DNA of 64,000 bases from contig CAVWIT010000002.1 of NCBI GenBank assembly GCA_963755165.1, forward strand, positions 799,730-863,729, given 5' to 3'. This stretch comes from an uncultured Solirubrobacterales bacterium (GTDB lineage Bacteria > Actinomycetota > Thermoleophilia > Solirubrobacterales > Solirubrobacteraceae). This document shows positions 29,064 to 37,660 of this stretch, piece after piece (the stretch's first letter is position 1; every line of letters begins with the position of its first letter). The position numbers and the translations under genes are program-made. The notes under the pieces are model-generated. The model was not told where the DNA came from and did no database searches. It worked only from the letters and a program-made list of their open reading frames with translations.

Positions 29064-30972
29064 CCATCCGGACAATAGCGGCACTCGCGGCAGTCCCGTC
29101 GAGGCGCTCGCCGGTGTGAACACGCTTGCCGCCCAGCGTTCCGGCCAGCCGGTGCGCTCGCAGTCGCAGCGTGCCGCGCGCGGCGGCCGGGCCGCCGATA
29201 TGGAGCACGGCCCCGCTCTGGGTGACCTCTCCGGAGACCGTCAGGCCCGGCACGTAGGAGTAGTCGTGGAGCGTCAGCTTCCCGCCCGCGGCGCTCGCCC
29301 AGCCCGCACGCAGGCCTCCTGTGCGCAGGGAGATCAGCGTACCGATGTTGCCCGACTCGAGCGCCCCGAGCGCCTGCATCGTCTCCTGGCGTGCGAGATC
29401 GGCCAGTGTCAACCGGACCGCGTCCAGCGTGCGTCCGGGCAGCCCGCGGCTGTTCGGGGCGGGCGGCACATCGGACAGGCGCACCGGCGCCAGTGGCGCC
29501 AGCTTGAGCAGTCCCAGGATCTGCGGCCCGCCGGTGCAGGGCTTGACGGGCGAGGACTCGAACAGGGTCTGCAACGCCTTACTCGAGCACCCGCTGAGGT
29601 CGCTGCCGAGGACCGAGTGTCCGACTTCTGGCACCACCACCAGCCGGGAGCCCGGGATCTGCGCCGCGACTTCGCGCGCGTTCGCGGTTGGCGTGCGCAG
29701 GTCGTCGGCGCCGCTCAGGATCAGCGTGGGCACGCTCGGCAGCGGCGCTTGCACGGGCGCGGGCGCGGGGGTGGTGTATGGCCAGAACGCGCATGCGGGC
29801 ATATCGCTGATCGCGAGCACGTTGCGCGGGCCAAACGGCGTGATCGCGCTCACCGGCGCTCGTCTGATTTGCGCTCTGACTTCGGCCAGGCGCTTGGCTG
29901 GGCTCGAGGAGCGGTTCCATCCAAACAGCTCATCTTCACAGCTGGTCGCGTAGTACAGGGGGGTGTCGAAGCTCTCGCTCGGGCTTTCTTCTCCGCCGCC
30001 CTCGCCTCGTTCGGTGCCGGCGCGCAGCAGGCGCGCGAACGGCTCCTCATCGCCGCCTGCCGCGGAGCGCACCGCGGCAGGGAGCTCCGCGCGCAGCGCC
30101 GGTTCGAGGTCGCCGGCGATCAGGACGTCGAGCAGCGTGTTGGCGGAGAACCGCAGCGTATGCGCGCGTCCCTCGCCGTCGATCCAGCGCCCGCTCAGCG
30201 CCCGCCCGCCCATCCGCCGCACGAGCTTTGCGAGGTCATCGACCGGTTCGGGTGTGATGTGTGCACACGCGCCGCGCGCGCACAGCTGGCGCAGCACGCG
30301 CGGGATCGCCTGAAACGTCGGCAGGTTCAGCGGTTCCGGTCCGTTTGGAGGCACGACCGAGTCGAGTACGAGCGCCGAGACGTGACTCGGATAGGCCTGC
30401 GCGTAGCGCTCGGCCACCTTCGTCCCGTAGGAGGTTCCGTACAGCACGAGCTTTTCATAGCCGCCCGCCTGTCTGATAGCCTCGATGTCGGCGACGGTCT
30501 GGGTGGTCGTGTAGTCGGTCCGTTCGGAGCCGATCTGGGCGGCGCATTCGGCGATCTGTCGGCCCGGTGGGCCGCCCGCGCTCAGTTCGAAGCGGTGGCA
30601 GGACAGCGGGTGTGACAGTCCGATGCCGCGCTGGTCGAACACGATCAGATCGCGCGTGGCCACGATCGGCCCGAGCTGGTGCGCGAAGTCTTCGGCGAAT
30701 CCGATCGCCGCCTGGCCTGGCCCGCCCGCCAGCGCGATCACCGCTTCGCGAGCTTCCCCGACCGGGGCCCGGTGGCGGCGCATCGCCAGCGTGATCGTTC
30801 CCGGCGTAGTGCCGCCGGGGTCCAGCGGAACCGTCAGGTGGCCGCACGCGTAATCGTTGCTGTCGCCGCACGGCGCCCACGTGATCTGGGCCTGTGCGAC
30901 GGGGGCGCTCAGGGCGCATGCCCACATGCTCACCGCCACGAGCATGGCGGCGAGCAGGCCCCTCGGTCGCAT
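28972..30972 (-). CDS. Secreted alpha/beta hydrolase, paralog of the downstream S33 gene
   Basis: Signal peptide MRPRGLLAAMLVAVSMWACALSAPVAQA. It carries the same motifs as its neighbour (GGPGQA...FDQRGIGLS, GTSYGT, GHSVLG) and is colinear with it. Confidence 0.85.
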   Translation of the reverse strand: MRPRGLLAAMLVAVSMWACALSAPVAQAQITWAPCGDSNDYACGHLTVPLDPGGTTPGTITLAMRRHRAPVGEAREAVIALAGGPGQAAIGFAEDFAHQLGPIVATRDLIVFDQRGIGLSHPLSCHRFELSAGGPPGRQIAECAAQIGSERTDYTTTQTVADIEAIRQAGGYEKLVLYGTSYGTKVAERYAQAYPSHVSALVLDSVVPPNGPEPLNLPTFQAIPRVLRQLCARGACAHITPEPVDDLAKLVRRMGGRALSGRWIDGEGRAHTLRFSANTLLDVLIAGDLEPALRAELPAAVRSAAGGDEEPFARLLRAGTERGEGGGEESPSESFDTPLYYATSCEDELFGWNRSSSPAKRLAEVRAQIRRAPVSAITPFGPRNVLAISDMPACAFWPYTTPAPAPVQAPLPSVPTLILSGADDLRTPTANAREVAAQIPGSRLVVVPEVGHSVLGSDLSGCSSKALQTLFESSPVKPCTGGPQILGLLKLAPLAPVRLSDVPPAPNSRGLPGRTLDAVRLTLADLARQETMQALGALESGNIGTLISLRTGGLRAGWASAAGGKLTLHDYSYVPGLTVSGEVTQSGAVLHIGGPAAARGTLRLRAHRLAGTLGGKRVHTGERLDGTAASAAIVRMDEQASPNLGSGGSAGNAGARRLALLIARLP

Positions 30973-31094
30973 AGCCGGAATCTAGCCGATCGGTGTGGAG
31001 CGCGTGCCGGCTGGACAGGTGTCAGGAGGGCGTCAGGGAGGGGCGTCGCGAAACCGAGCGCGCTCCCGATCTCCGATCTCATACGATCGCTCCT

Positions 31095-31478
31095 GTGAGC
31101 GAGCGCGAGACCGTCTCCGCCCCGGGCGCCCCGCTGGCCGTGGGGCCCTACAGCCACGCCGTGCGTGCCGGTGAGCTGCTGTTCTGCTCCGGGCAGATCC
31201 CGCTGCACCCCGCCACCGGCGAGCTGGTCGGCGAGACGCCCGCCGAGCAGGCCCGCCAATGCCTGGAGAACCTGCGGGCGGTGTGCGAGGGCGCGGGCAC
31301 ATCGCTGGATCGAGCGGTGCGCCTGACCGTGTACATGGCCGACCTCGCTGCGTTCGCCGAGGTCAACGATGTCTACGCGTCGTTCTTCGCGGAGAACCCA
31401 CCGGCGAGGGTGACCGTCGGGGTTGCGCAGTTGCCGAAGGGCGCTCAGGTCGAGATCGACGCGGTCGTGGCGCTGTAG
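31095..31478 (+). CDS. ridA: RidA/YjgF-family reactive-intermediate deaminase
   Basis: GTG start at 31095. AVGPYSHAVRAGELLFCSGQIP...ARVTVGVAQLPKGAQVEIDAV is typical of RidA. Confidence 0.9.
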   Translation: MSERETVSAPGAPLAVGPYSHAVRAGELLFCSGQIPLHPATGELVGETPAEQARQCLENLRAVCEGAGTSLDRAVRLTVYMADLAAFAEVNDVYASFFAENPPARVTVGVAQLPKGAQVEIDAVVAL

Positions 31479-31951
31479 AGCTCTCCGTCGGCTGGCTCGA
31501 TGCTGCGTAGCGCGCGCGTGAGCAGCTCGCGCAGGGTCCTGCGCTCCTGTGCGCTCAGGGCCTCGAGCACCTCGTCCTCGATCTCTGTCTGAGCCCGCTC
31601 GGCGAGGTGCAGGGCCTTGCGGCCCGATGGCGTGATCTGCACCAGGTGCCGGCGCCGATCGTGGGGATCGCGTAGACGCGCGGCATACCCGAGCTGCTCG
31701 AGCTCGTTGAGCAGCAGCACGACGTTGTTGGCGTCCATGCAGAAGGCGTCGGCCAGGTCCTGCTGAGGACATCCATCGTGGTCGTTGACGTAGCTGAGAG
31801 CGACCAGGTGCCGCAGGTGCATGCCCAGGAGCTCCTCGCCCGAGCGGCGATAGACCTGCTTGGCCAGGCGGCTCAGCAACACGGCCGAGCCCGGGGCGCA
31901 GTCCAATTCAGGCGCGCGGTCTCGCTCCATGTCTTCAAGTCTATACCTCAT
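31445..31951 (-). CDS. MarR-family transcriptional regulator
   Basis: Winged-helix region LRHLVALSYVNDHDGCPQQDLADAFCMDANNVVLLLNELEQLGYAARLRDPHDRRRHLV. ATG 31951 is preferred; GTG 31969 or ATG 31930 are possible. The gene is divergent from an MFS gene. Confidence 0.85.
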   Translation of the reverse strand: MRYRLEDMERDRAPELDCAPGSAVLLSRLAKQVYRRSGEELLGMHLRHLVALSYVNDHDGCPQQDLADAFCMDANNVVLLLNELEQLGYAARLRDPHDRRRHLVQITPSGRKALHLAERAQTEIEDEVLEALSAQERRTLRELLTRALRSIEPADGELYSATTASIST

Positions 31952-31954
31952 CGC

Positions 31955-31987
31955 AGCATCAATCCTCACTCAAGCATCAATCGTCAC
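31955..31987. promoter_or_regulatory. Direct repeat AGCATCAATC(C/G)TCAC x2, 18-bp period, upstream of marR
   Basis: Copies at 31955-31969 and 31973-31987, identical at 14 of 15 positions, inside an AT-rich divergent promoter region. Confidence 0.55.
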
Positions 31988-32025
31988 ATATTCGTCGATC
32001 ATAAATAAAGTATAGATCATCCTTG

Positions 32026-32036
32026 AATCATTGATT
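32026..32036. promoter_or_regulatory. 11-nt palindrome AATCATTGATT sharing the ATCAAT half-site with the marR-proximal repeats
   Basis: Perfect palindrome 45 nt upstream of the MFS ATG. ATTGAT is the reverse complement of the ATCAAT core in the two direct repeats. Confidence 0.5.
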
Positions 32037-32080
32037 ATCTTTGCTATGGTGTTCTCTCCGTCGACTGCAAGGAGCACCAC

Positions 32081-33670
32081 ATGAGCCCCGCCACCCCCGC
32101 CGCCGCCACCACCACCCCCGACCCTGTGACCCGCCCTCAGAACGCCGGCGAAGAGGCCATCGGCGAGCCGACCGATCAGAGCTCGGCCAGCAGACGCGAG
32201 CGCCGGCGCTGGATAGCGCTCGCTGTGCTCTGCCTCGGGCAGCTGATGATGGTCCTCGACGCGACCATCGTGAACGTCGCGCTGCCGTCGATCCAGCGCG
32301 AACTGCACTTCACGCAGGCGAACCTCACGTGGGTGATTGACGGCTATCTGATCACCTTCGGCGGCTTCTTGCTGCTGGCTGGCCGCTTCGGCGACCTGAT
32401 CGGCCGCAAGAAGGTTTTCCTCTCAGGGCTCGTCCTGTTCGTGGCCGCGTCCATCCTGTGCGGGCTGGCGAGCAGCCAGGCGATGTTGATCGGCGCCCGC
32501 CTGATCCAGGGGGTCGGCGGCGCGGTGGCCTCGAGCGTGATCCTCGCGATCATCGTGACCGAGTTCCCGGAGAGGGTCGAGCAGGCGAAAGCGATGGGCA
32601 TGTACGCGTTCGTCTCCGCCGGTGGCGGCTCGATCGGTCTGCTCGCCGGCGGCGCGCTCACGCAGTCACTGAGCTGGCACTGGATCTTCTTCGTCAACGT
32701 GCCCATCGGCGCGGTCGCTCTGTTGCTCGGCTCGGCCCTGATCGAGGAGAATGAGGGCATCGGCTTGGCCGGCGGCGTGGATGTGCTCGGCTCGATCCTG
32801 ATCACGCTGGCGACCATGGTCGGGGCGTTCGCGATCGTCAAGTCCAGTGAATACGGTCTGCTCTCAGCGCGTACGCTCGGGGCGGGCGGCGTCTCGCTGG
32901 CTCTGCTGGGCGCCTTCCTCGCGCTGGAGGCGCGCGTGGCCAATCCGATCATGCCGCTGCGGATCCTGCGGCTGCGCATGCTGATGGGCTCGAGCCTCGT
33001 TCGCGGACTGCTCGTAACGGGCATGTTCTCGGCGTTCTTCCTCGGCGCTCTGTACCTCGAGCGCGTGCTCGGTTACGACGCAATCGACACGGGGCTCGCG
33101 TTCATGCCGTTGACGATCGCGATCGCCGTCATGTCGATGGGCGTCTCGGCGCGCCTGGCGGAGCGCTTCGGCTCGGTTTCGACGCTGGCGGGCGGGTTGG
33201 CCGGGATCATCGTCGGCCTGCTGCTGCTCGCCGGACAGGGCGTCCACGCGAGCTACTTCCCCGGCCTGTTCTTCGCTTTTCTCGCTCTCGGGCTCGGGGC
33301 GGGGGCGTCGTTCCTGCCGCTGCTGACGATCGGGATGGCCGACGCGCCCGCGCGGGACGCGGGCCTGGCCTCGGGGATCATCAACGTCTCCGTCCAGCTG
33401 TTCGGCGCGATCGGCCTGGCCACGCTGGGGACGATCGCGACCGACCACACGAAGGCGTTGACGGCCAGCGGGCACTCATTGAGCAGCGCACTGACCGGTG
33501 GATACCACCTCGCCTACATCGTGGCCGCGGTGTTCGTGGCCGGCGGCATCCTCGCGTCCTTCCTCGTGCTGCGCCCGCCGGCGAGCACGGTGGCCCAGGA
33601 GGTCGAGGAGCTCGAGAGCGACTTCGGACGCGCGAGCGTTAGCACGCAGACCGCGGAGCAGCTCGCCTGA
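32081..33670 (+). CDS. MFS transporter, DHA2 (EmrB/QacA-like, 14-TMS) family
   Basis: 529 aa. AAGGAG RBS. LDATIVNVALPSIQREL and GRFGDLIGRKK motifs. It is a paralog of the MFS gene at 52993-54555. Confidence 0.9.
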   Translation: MSPATPAAATTTPDPVTRPQNAGEEAIGEPTDQSSASRRERRRWIALAVLCLGQLMMVLDATIVNVALPSIQRELHFTQANLTWVIDGYLITFGGFLLLAGRFGDLIGRKKVFLSGLVLFVAASILCGLASSQAMLIGARLIQGVGGAVASSVILAIIVTEFPERVEQAKAMGMYAFVSAGGGSIGLLAGGALTQSLSWHWIFFVNVPIGAVALLLGSALIEENEGIGLAGGVDVLGSILITLATMVGAFAIVKSSEYGLLSARTLGAGGVSLALLGAFLALEARVANPIMPLRILRLRMLMGSSLVRGLLVTGMFSAFFLGALYLERVLGYDAIDTGLAFMPLTIAIAVMSMGVSARLAERFGSVSTLAGGLAGIIVGLLLLAGQGVHASYFPGLFFAFLALGLGAGASFLPLLTIGMADAPARDAGLASGIINVSVQLFGAIGLATLGTIATDHTKALTASGHSLSSALTGGYHLAYIVAAVFVAGGILASFLVLRPPASTVAQEVEELESDFGRASVSTQTAEQLA

Positions 33671-33689
33671 GCGCGTGCTGCGGGTCGGC

Positions 33690-35291
33690 TCAGCTCTCGG
33701 CCCGTAGCTGCGCCCGCCTGACCTTGCCGCTGGCGGTCTTGGGCAGCTCGGGCGCGAACTCGACGATGCGGGGGTACTTGTAGGGGGCGGTCTCGCGCTT
33801 GACGTGCTCCTGCAGCTCGCGCGCGAGCTCGGCGCTCGGCGCGGGAGCGCCCTCGCGCAGCACGACCACAGCGCGCACGACCGCGCCGCGCTCGGCATCC
33901 GCGGTAGCCACGGCCGCAGCCTCGGCCACCGCGGGGTGGGAGACGAGCGCGGACTCCACCTCGAACGGGCCGATGCGGTAGCCGGAGGAGACGATCACGT
34001 CGTCTGAGCGGCCCTCGAACCACAGGTAGCCGTCCCCGTCCATGCGCACGCGGTCGCCCGTGCGCCAGGGCCCGCCGGCGCGGCGGTCCTCGATCTGCCA
34101 CGCGCCGTCCTGCTCGCGCCGCACGCCCTCGCCGAGGTAACCGAGAAAGAACGTCGGCACCGTTTGAGGGTCGGCGATCAGCTCGCCGCCGCCCTCACCC
34201 TCGGCCTCGCTCTCGCCCTCGCTGCTGCCTTCGCTGCCGCCATCGCCCTCGCTCACCGACAGCGCCACTCCGGGCAGCGGCCTGCCCATCGATCCGGGGC
34301 GGGCCGGCTCGTCGTGGGCCATTCCTGTCAGCTGCCCGGTCTCGGTCTGCCCGTAGCCGTCGCGGATGTCGATGCCGGTCGCGTCCCGCCACGCGCGCTG
34401 CACCTCGGGGTTCAGCGCCTCGCCCGCGGCCACCATCGTGCGCAGATCTGGAAGTGCGCGCAGGGTCGTGCGGGCGGCGATCACGCGGTACTCGGTCGGC
34501 GCCATGCACAGCACGCTCACTCGCTCGCGCGCGAGCAGCTCCAGGCGCTCCGAGGGATCGAAGCGCGCGTCGTGCAGCAGAGCGCTCGCGCCCGACAGCC
34601 ACGGCGCGATGAAAACGTTGCGCGCAGACTTGCTCCAGCCCGAGGCGGCTGTGCACCACACCAGCTCGCCCGTCCGCGAGCCGAGCCAGTGCGACGCCTG
34701 CGCGCGCTGACCGTCGAGGTAGCGCTGGGCGTGCAGGACCGCTCGGGGCTCGCCGGAGGTGCCGCTCGTGAACGTGATCAGGCACGGGTCGTCTGCCGCC
34801 AGCTCGACCGCGGGTGCGGGTTCGGCCGCGAACAGCGACTCGTCGGGCACGAGCACAACTTGCACGTCGTCCTGGATGGGGGTGTCATTGCCCCGGGGCG
34901 TGGGGCCGCCCGCCCGGGTCGCGCTCCCGCTCGCAAGGGCCGCCTCGAGCTCAGCGCGGTTGCGCTCGTCGGCCACGATCAGCGACGGGCGTGCCACGTC
35001 GATGCGCAGGCGCAGGTCTTTGGACCGCAGCTGCTCTGTGCACGGCAGCACGACCGCGCCGATGCGAAAGCAGGCGAGCATGCTCAGCACCCACTCCGGG
35101 CGGTTGCCGATCAGCGTCATCACCACGTCGCCGCGACCGATGCCGAGCGCACGGAGCGTGCCCGCCAGGCTTGCGCTGTGCTGCGCCATCTCACCGTACG
35201 TCCACTCGCGGCGGGTGCCGTCACGGGCCAGCTCCACGAGGGCCAGGGCGCCGGCGGGCAGCCGGTCGAGCACGTCGCGGGCGAAATTCAT
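33690..35291 (-). CDS. AMP-dependent acyl-CoA synthetase/ligase
   Basis: 533 aa. AMP-binding motif FTSGTSGEPRAV, GYGQTE and a C-terminal ...PKTASGKVRR. It carries an acidic Gly/Ser/Glu insertion. Confidence 0.9.
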   Translation of the reverse strand: MNFARDVLDRLPAGALALVELARDGTRREWTYGEMAQHSASLAGTLRALGIGRGDVVMTLIGNRPEWVLSMLACFRIGAVVLPCTEQLRSKDLRLRIDVARPSLIVADERNRAELEAALASGSATRAGGPTPRGNDTPIQDDVQVVLVPDESLFAAEPAPAVELAADDPCLITFTSGTSGEPRAVLHAQRYLDGQRAQASHWLGSRTGELVWCTAASGWSKSARNVFIAPWLSGASALLHDARFDPSERLELLARERVSVLCMAPTEYRVIAARTTLRALPDLRTMVAAGEALNPEVQRAWRDATGIDIRDGYGQTETGQLTGMAHDEPARPGSMGRPLPGVALSVSEGDGGSEGSSEGESEAEGEGGGELIADPQTVPTFFLGYLGEGVRREQDGAWQIEDRRAGGPWRTGDRVRMDGDGYLWFEGRSDDVIVSSGYRIGPFEVESALVSHPAVAEAAAVATADAERGAVVRAVVVLREGAPAPSAELARELQEHVKRETAPYKYPRIVEFAPELPKTASGKVRRAQLRAES

Positions 35292-35386
35292 GGCGCAGGC
35301 CGCATGGGTGCAGGAGTCATTGAGGCCGGAAGTCTGCCACCCCGCCGTGTCCAGGTAAGCTGCGAGAAACCCGAGCGACCTGGAGA

Positions 35387-36610
35387 GTGCAGCGAATGGC
35401 CGTAGCCGCCGAGCCGTACACCGAGAAGACCGACGAGCAGAGGGCGATCACCGAGATGGTGCGCCAGTTTGCCGACGAGCAGATCCTGCCGAACGCCGAG
35501 CATTACGACCACGAGGACTCGTTTCCCGAGCCGATCGTCGAGCATATGAAGGAGCTGGGCCTGTTCGGGGTGACGATCCCCGAGGAGTACGGCGGCATGG
35601 GGCTGGATCTGACGACGTACGCGATGATCGTCGAGGAGCTCTCGCGCGGCTGGATCTCGATCTCGGGCGTAATCAACACGCACTTCATCGGCTCATACCT
35701 GCTGATGAAGTTCGGGTCCGAAGAGCAGAAGCAGAAGTACCTGCCGCGCATGGCCACGGGCGAGATCAGGGCGGCGTTCTCGCTGTCCGAGCCCGAGCTG
35801 GGGTCAGACGTGCAGGCGATCAAGACGTCGGCCATGAAGGGCGAGGACGGGAAGTACGAGATCAACGGCCAGAAGATGTGGGTCACAAACGGGCTGCTGT
35901 CTTCGCTCGTGTTCGTGCTCGTCAAGACCGACCCCGACGCCGAGCCGCGCCACAAGGGCTTCACGTGCTTCATCGCCGAGAAAGAGCCGGGTGAGAGCGA
36001 GAACACGGGCGAGCTCGCCGGGCTGAAGGTGCCGCCGAAGATCAAGAAGCTCGGCTACAAGGGCGTCGAGTCCACCGAGCTCGTGTTCGACGGCTACCGC
36101 TGCCCGGCCGAGAACGTCCTCGGGGGCGAGGACGTAGGCCTGAACCGGGGGTTCTCACAGATGATGGATGCCCTGGAGGTCGGCCGCGTGAACGTCGCCG
36201 CGCGCGGTGTCGGCATCGCCCAGCGCGCGCTGGAGCTCGCGTTGCGCTACTCCCAGGAGCGCAAGACCTTCGGCAAGCCGATCGCCGAGCACCAGGCGAT
36301 CCAGTTCAAGCTCGCCGACATGGCCACCCAGGTGGACGCGGCACGCCTCTTGACTCTGCGCGCAGCGCGTCTGAAGGACGCCGGCGAGCGCTCGGACCTG
36401 GAGGCCGGCATGGCCAAGCTGTTCGCCTCCGAGGCGGGGCGGTTCTGCGTCGAGGAGTCGTTTCGCATCCACGGCGGGTACGGCTACTCCAAGGAGTATG
36501 AGATCGAGCGCCTGTATCGCGACGCACCGCTGCTGTTGATCGGCGAGGGCACGTCGGAGATCCAGCGCATGGTGATCGGGCGCAAGCTGCTACAGCGGCA
36601 CAAGATCTGA
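35387..36610 (+). CDS. Acyl-CoA dehydrogenase
   Basis: 407 aa. ...FSLSEPELGSD..., ...QIHGGYGYSKEYEIERLYRDAPLLLIGEGTSEIQ. ATG 35396 is an alternative start. Confidence 0.9.
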   Translation: MQRMAVAAEPYTEKTDEQRAITEMVRQFADEQILPNAEHYDHEDSFPEPIVEHMKELGLFGVTIPEEYGGMGLDLTTYAMIVEELSRGWISISGVINTHFIGSYLLMKFGSEEQKQKYLPRMATGEIRAAFSLSEPELGSDVQAIKTSAMKGEDGKYEINGQKMWVTNGLLSSLVFVLVKTDPDAEPRHKGFTCFIAEKEPGESENTGELAGLKVPPKIKKLGYKGVESTELVFDGYRCPAENVLGGEDVGLNRGFSQMMDALEVGRVNVAARGVGIAQRALELALRYSQERKTFGKPIAEHQAIQFKLADMATQVDAARLLTLRAARLKDAGERSDLEAGMAKLFASEAGRFCVEESFRIHGGYGYSKEYEIERLYRDAPLLLIGEGTSEIQRMVIGRKLLQRHKI

Positions 36611-36656
36611 TGAGTCGACGCCGGAGCGCCGATCGAGACGTGACGGAGGACTGAAC

Positions 36657-37025
36657 ATGGCCGAGGATGCGAAGACACTGATCGAGGCGGCGGTGCGCAA
36701 CTTCCTGGCGGAGGTGCCGGCGCTCGCGCCGATGAAGCTCGTTGTCGGGGTCGATCTGCGCGGGCGCGGCGACACCCAGCAGTTCCGCGTGCAGCTGCCC
36801 GAGGTCGACGTCTCCAAGGACATCGCCGCCGACGCCCGCATTCGGGTGGACATGCGCCGGGAGTTCTTCAACGCGATGGCCCGCGAGGCGAAGGTGCCCG
36901 ACTGGATCGAGGCGTTCACCTACGGGCAGGCCAAGGCCACCGGCGTCGAGCAGTACATGCGGCTGATCGCCAACGTCGTCGAAAAGCAGCAGGAACGTGC
37001 CCGCACGCGCAAGGCGCACCAGTAA
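36657..37025 (+). CDS. SCP2-like small protein (tentative)
   Basis: 122 aa. The size and the C-terminal pattern ...FTYGQAKATGVEQYMRLIANVV resemble SCP2 sterol-carrier folds. It follows the ACAD gene. Confidence 0.45.
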   Translation: MAEDAKTLIEAAVRNFLAEVPALAPMKLVVGVDLRGRGDTQQFRVQLPEVDVSKDIAADARIRVDMRREFFNAMAREAKVPDWIEAFTYGQAKATGVEQYMRLIANVVEKQQERARTRKAHQ

Positions 37026-37031
37026 CGTCGG

Positions 37032-37121
37032 TCAGTGATACGCCGTGAGCTGTTGCGCGAGGAACGCCAGCGAGGCCAGCAGGAACAGGCACATCACGAT
37101 CAATGAGAAGTTTTCGTTCAC
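37032..37121 (-). CDS. Possible 29-aa hydrophobic peptide (not in ORF track)
   Basis: GTG start preceded by GGAG plus a 5-nt spacer. Product is (M)NENFSLIVMCLFLLASLAFLAQQLTAYH. It lies directly downstream of AT-rich island A on the minus strand. Confidence 0.25.
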   Translation of the reverse strand: MNENFSLIVMCLFLLASLAFLAQQLTAYH

Positions 37122-37205
37122 GACTGCTCCGATGTGACCTTAGCGCATGGGGGGCCTGTGCCGGTGCCTGTGTCTGTTGTCTTTGATCTACTTTTTCTGA
37201 CCCGC

Positions 37206-37266
37206 GTATAACTATGGCAAACAGGCATGGTAGTTGTTATTAAAAATCAAAGTCGGTATAACTATA
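37206..37266. repeat. Two copies of motif GTATAACTAT(G/A) inside AT-rich island A
   Basis: GTATAACTATG at 37206-37216 and GTATAACTATA at 37256-37266. A third copy (reverse complement, CATAGTTATAC) lies at 38613-38623 in island B. Confidence 0.7.
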
Positions 37267-37346
37267 GTACAACAGAGACAAAAACTACATATAAAACAAT
37301 CTACCGCCATGTAATGCTATGGCATCGCGCAAGTGACGCGCGGCGA

Positions 37347-37595
37347 TCAGGCGAGGACGGCGGAGTCGTCGTAGAGCTTGATCACCCTGATCGTCCCCTC
37401 GGGCGCCGCGTCCAAGCAGAGGCGGCAGAGGACGCACTCGTCGAGGTTCCGCTCGACCAGCTCCAGCGCGCCGGTGTCGCTCTTCTGGGCAAAGATGTCC
37501 ACCGGGCACGCTTCCGTGAGCCTGCGTGCCAGATCCGTGTCGTCAGCGGCCCTATCGTCGACTTCGACCGCGATGAACGTGCCGTCGGCCCTCAT
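37347..37595 (-). CDS. Small ferredoxin-like protein, probable single [4Fe-4S] cluster
   Basis: 82 aa. Cys pattern CP(VDIF)...CVLCRLC...AP, which is the Cys-Pro of one half-motif plus CxxCxxC of the other. This is the ligand set for one cluster of a dicluster fold. Confidence 0.6.
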   Translation of the reverse strand: MRADGTFIAVEVDDRAADDTDLARRLTEACPVDIFAQKSDTGALELVERNLDECVLCRLCLDAAPEGTIRVIKLYDDSAVLA

Positions 37596-37660
37596 GACCC
37601 GCTCCCCGTGGCCGCCCCGTCATCGACTTCCACCGCGATGAAGACCCCGTCCTTGCTCAC
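37592..37660 (-). CDS. 22-codon ORF duplicating the N-terminus of the downstream ferredoxin-like protein
   Basis: VSKDGVFIAVEVDDGAATGSGS compared with MRADGTFIAVEVDDRAADD. The GTG overlaps the sucD-like stop (GTGA) and the TGA overlaps the downstream ATG (ATGA). Confidence 0.35.
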   Translation of the reverse strand: MSKDGVFIAVEVDDGAATGSGS

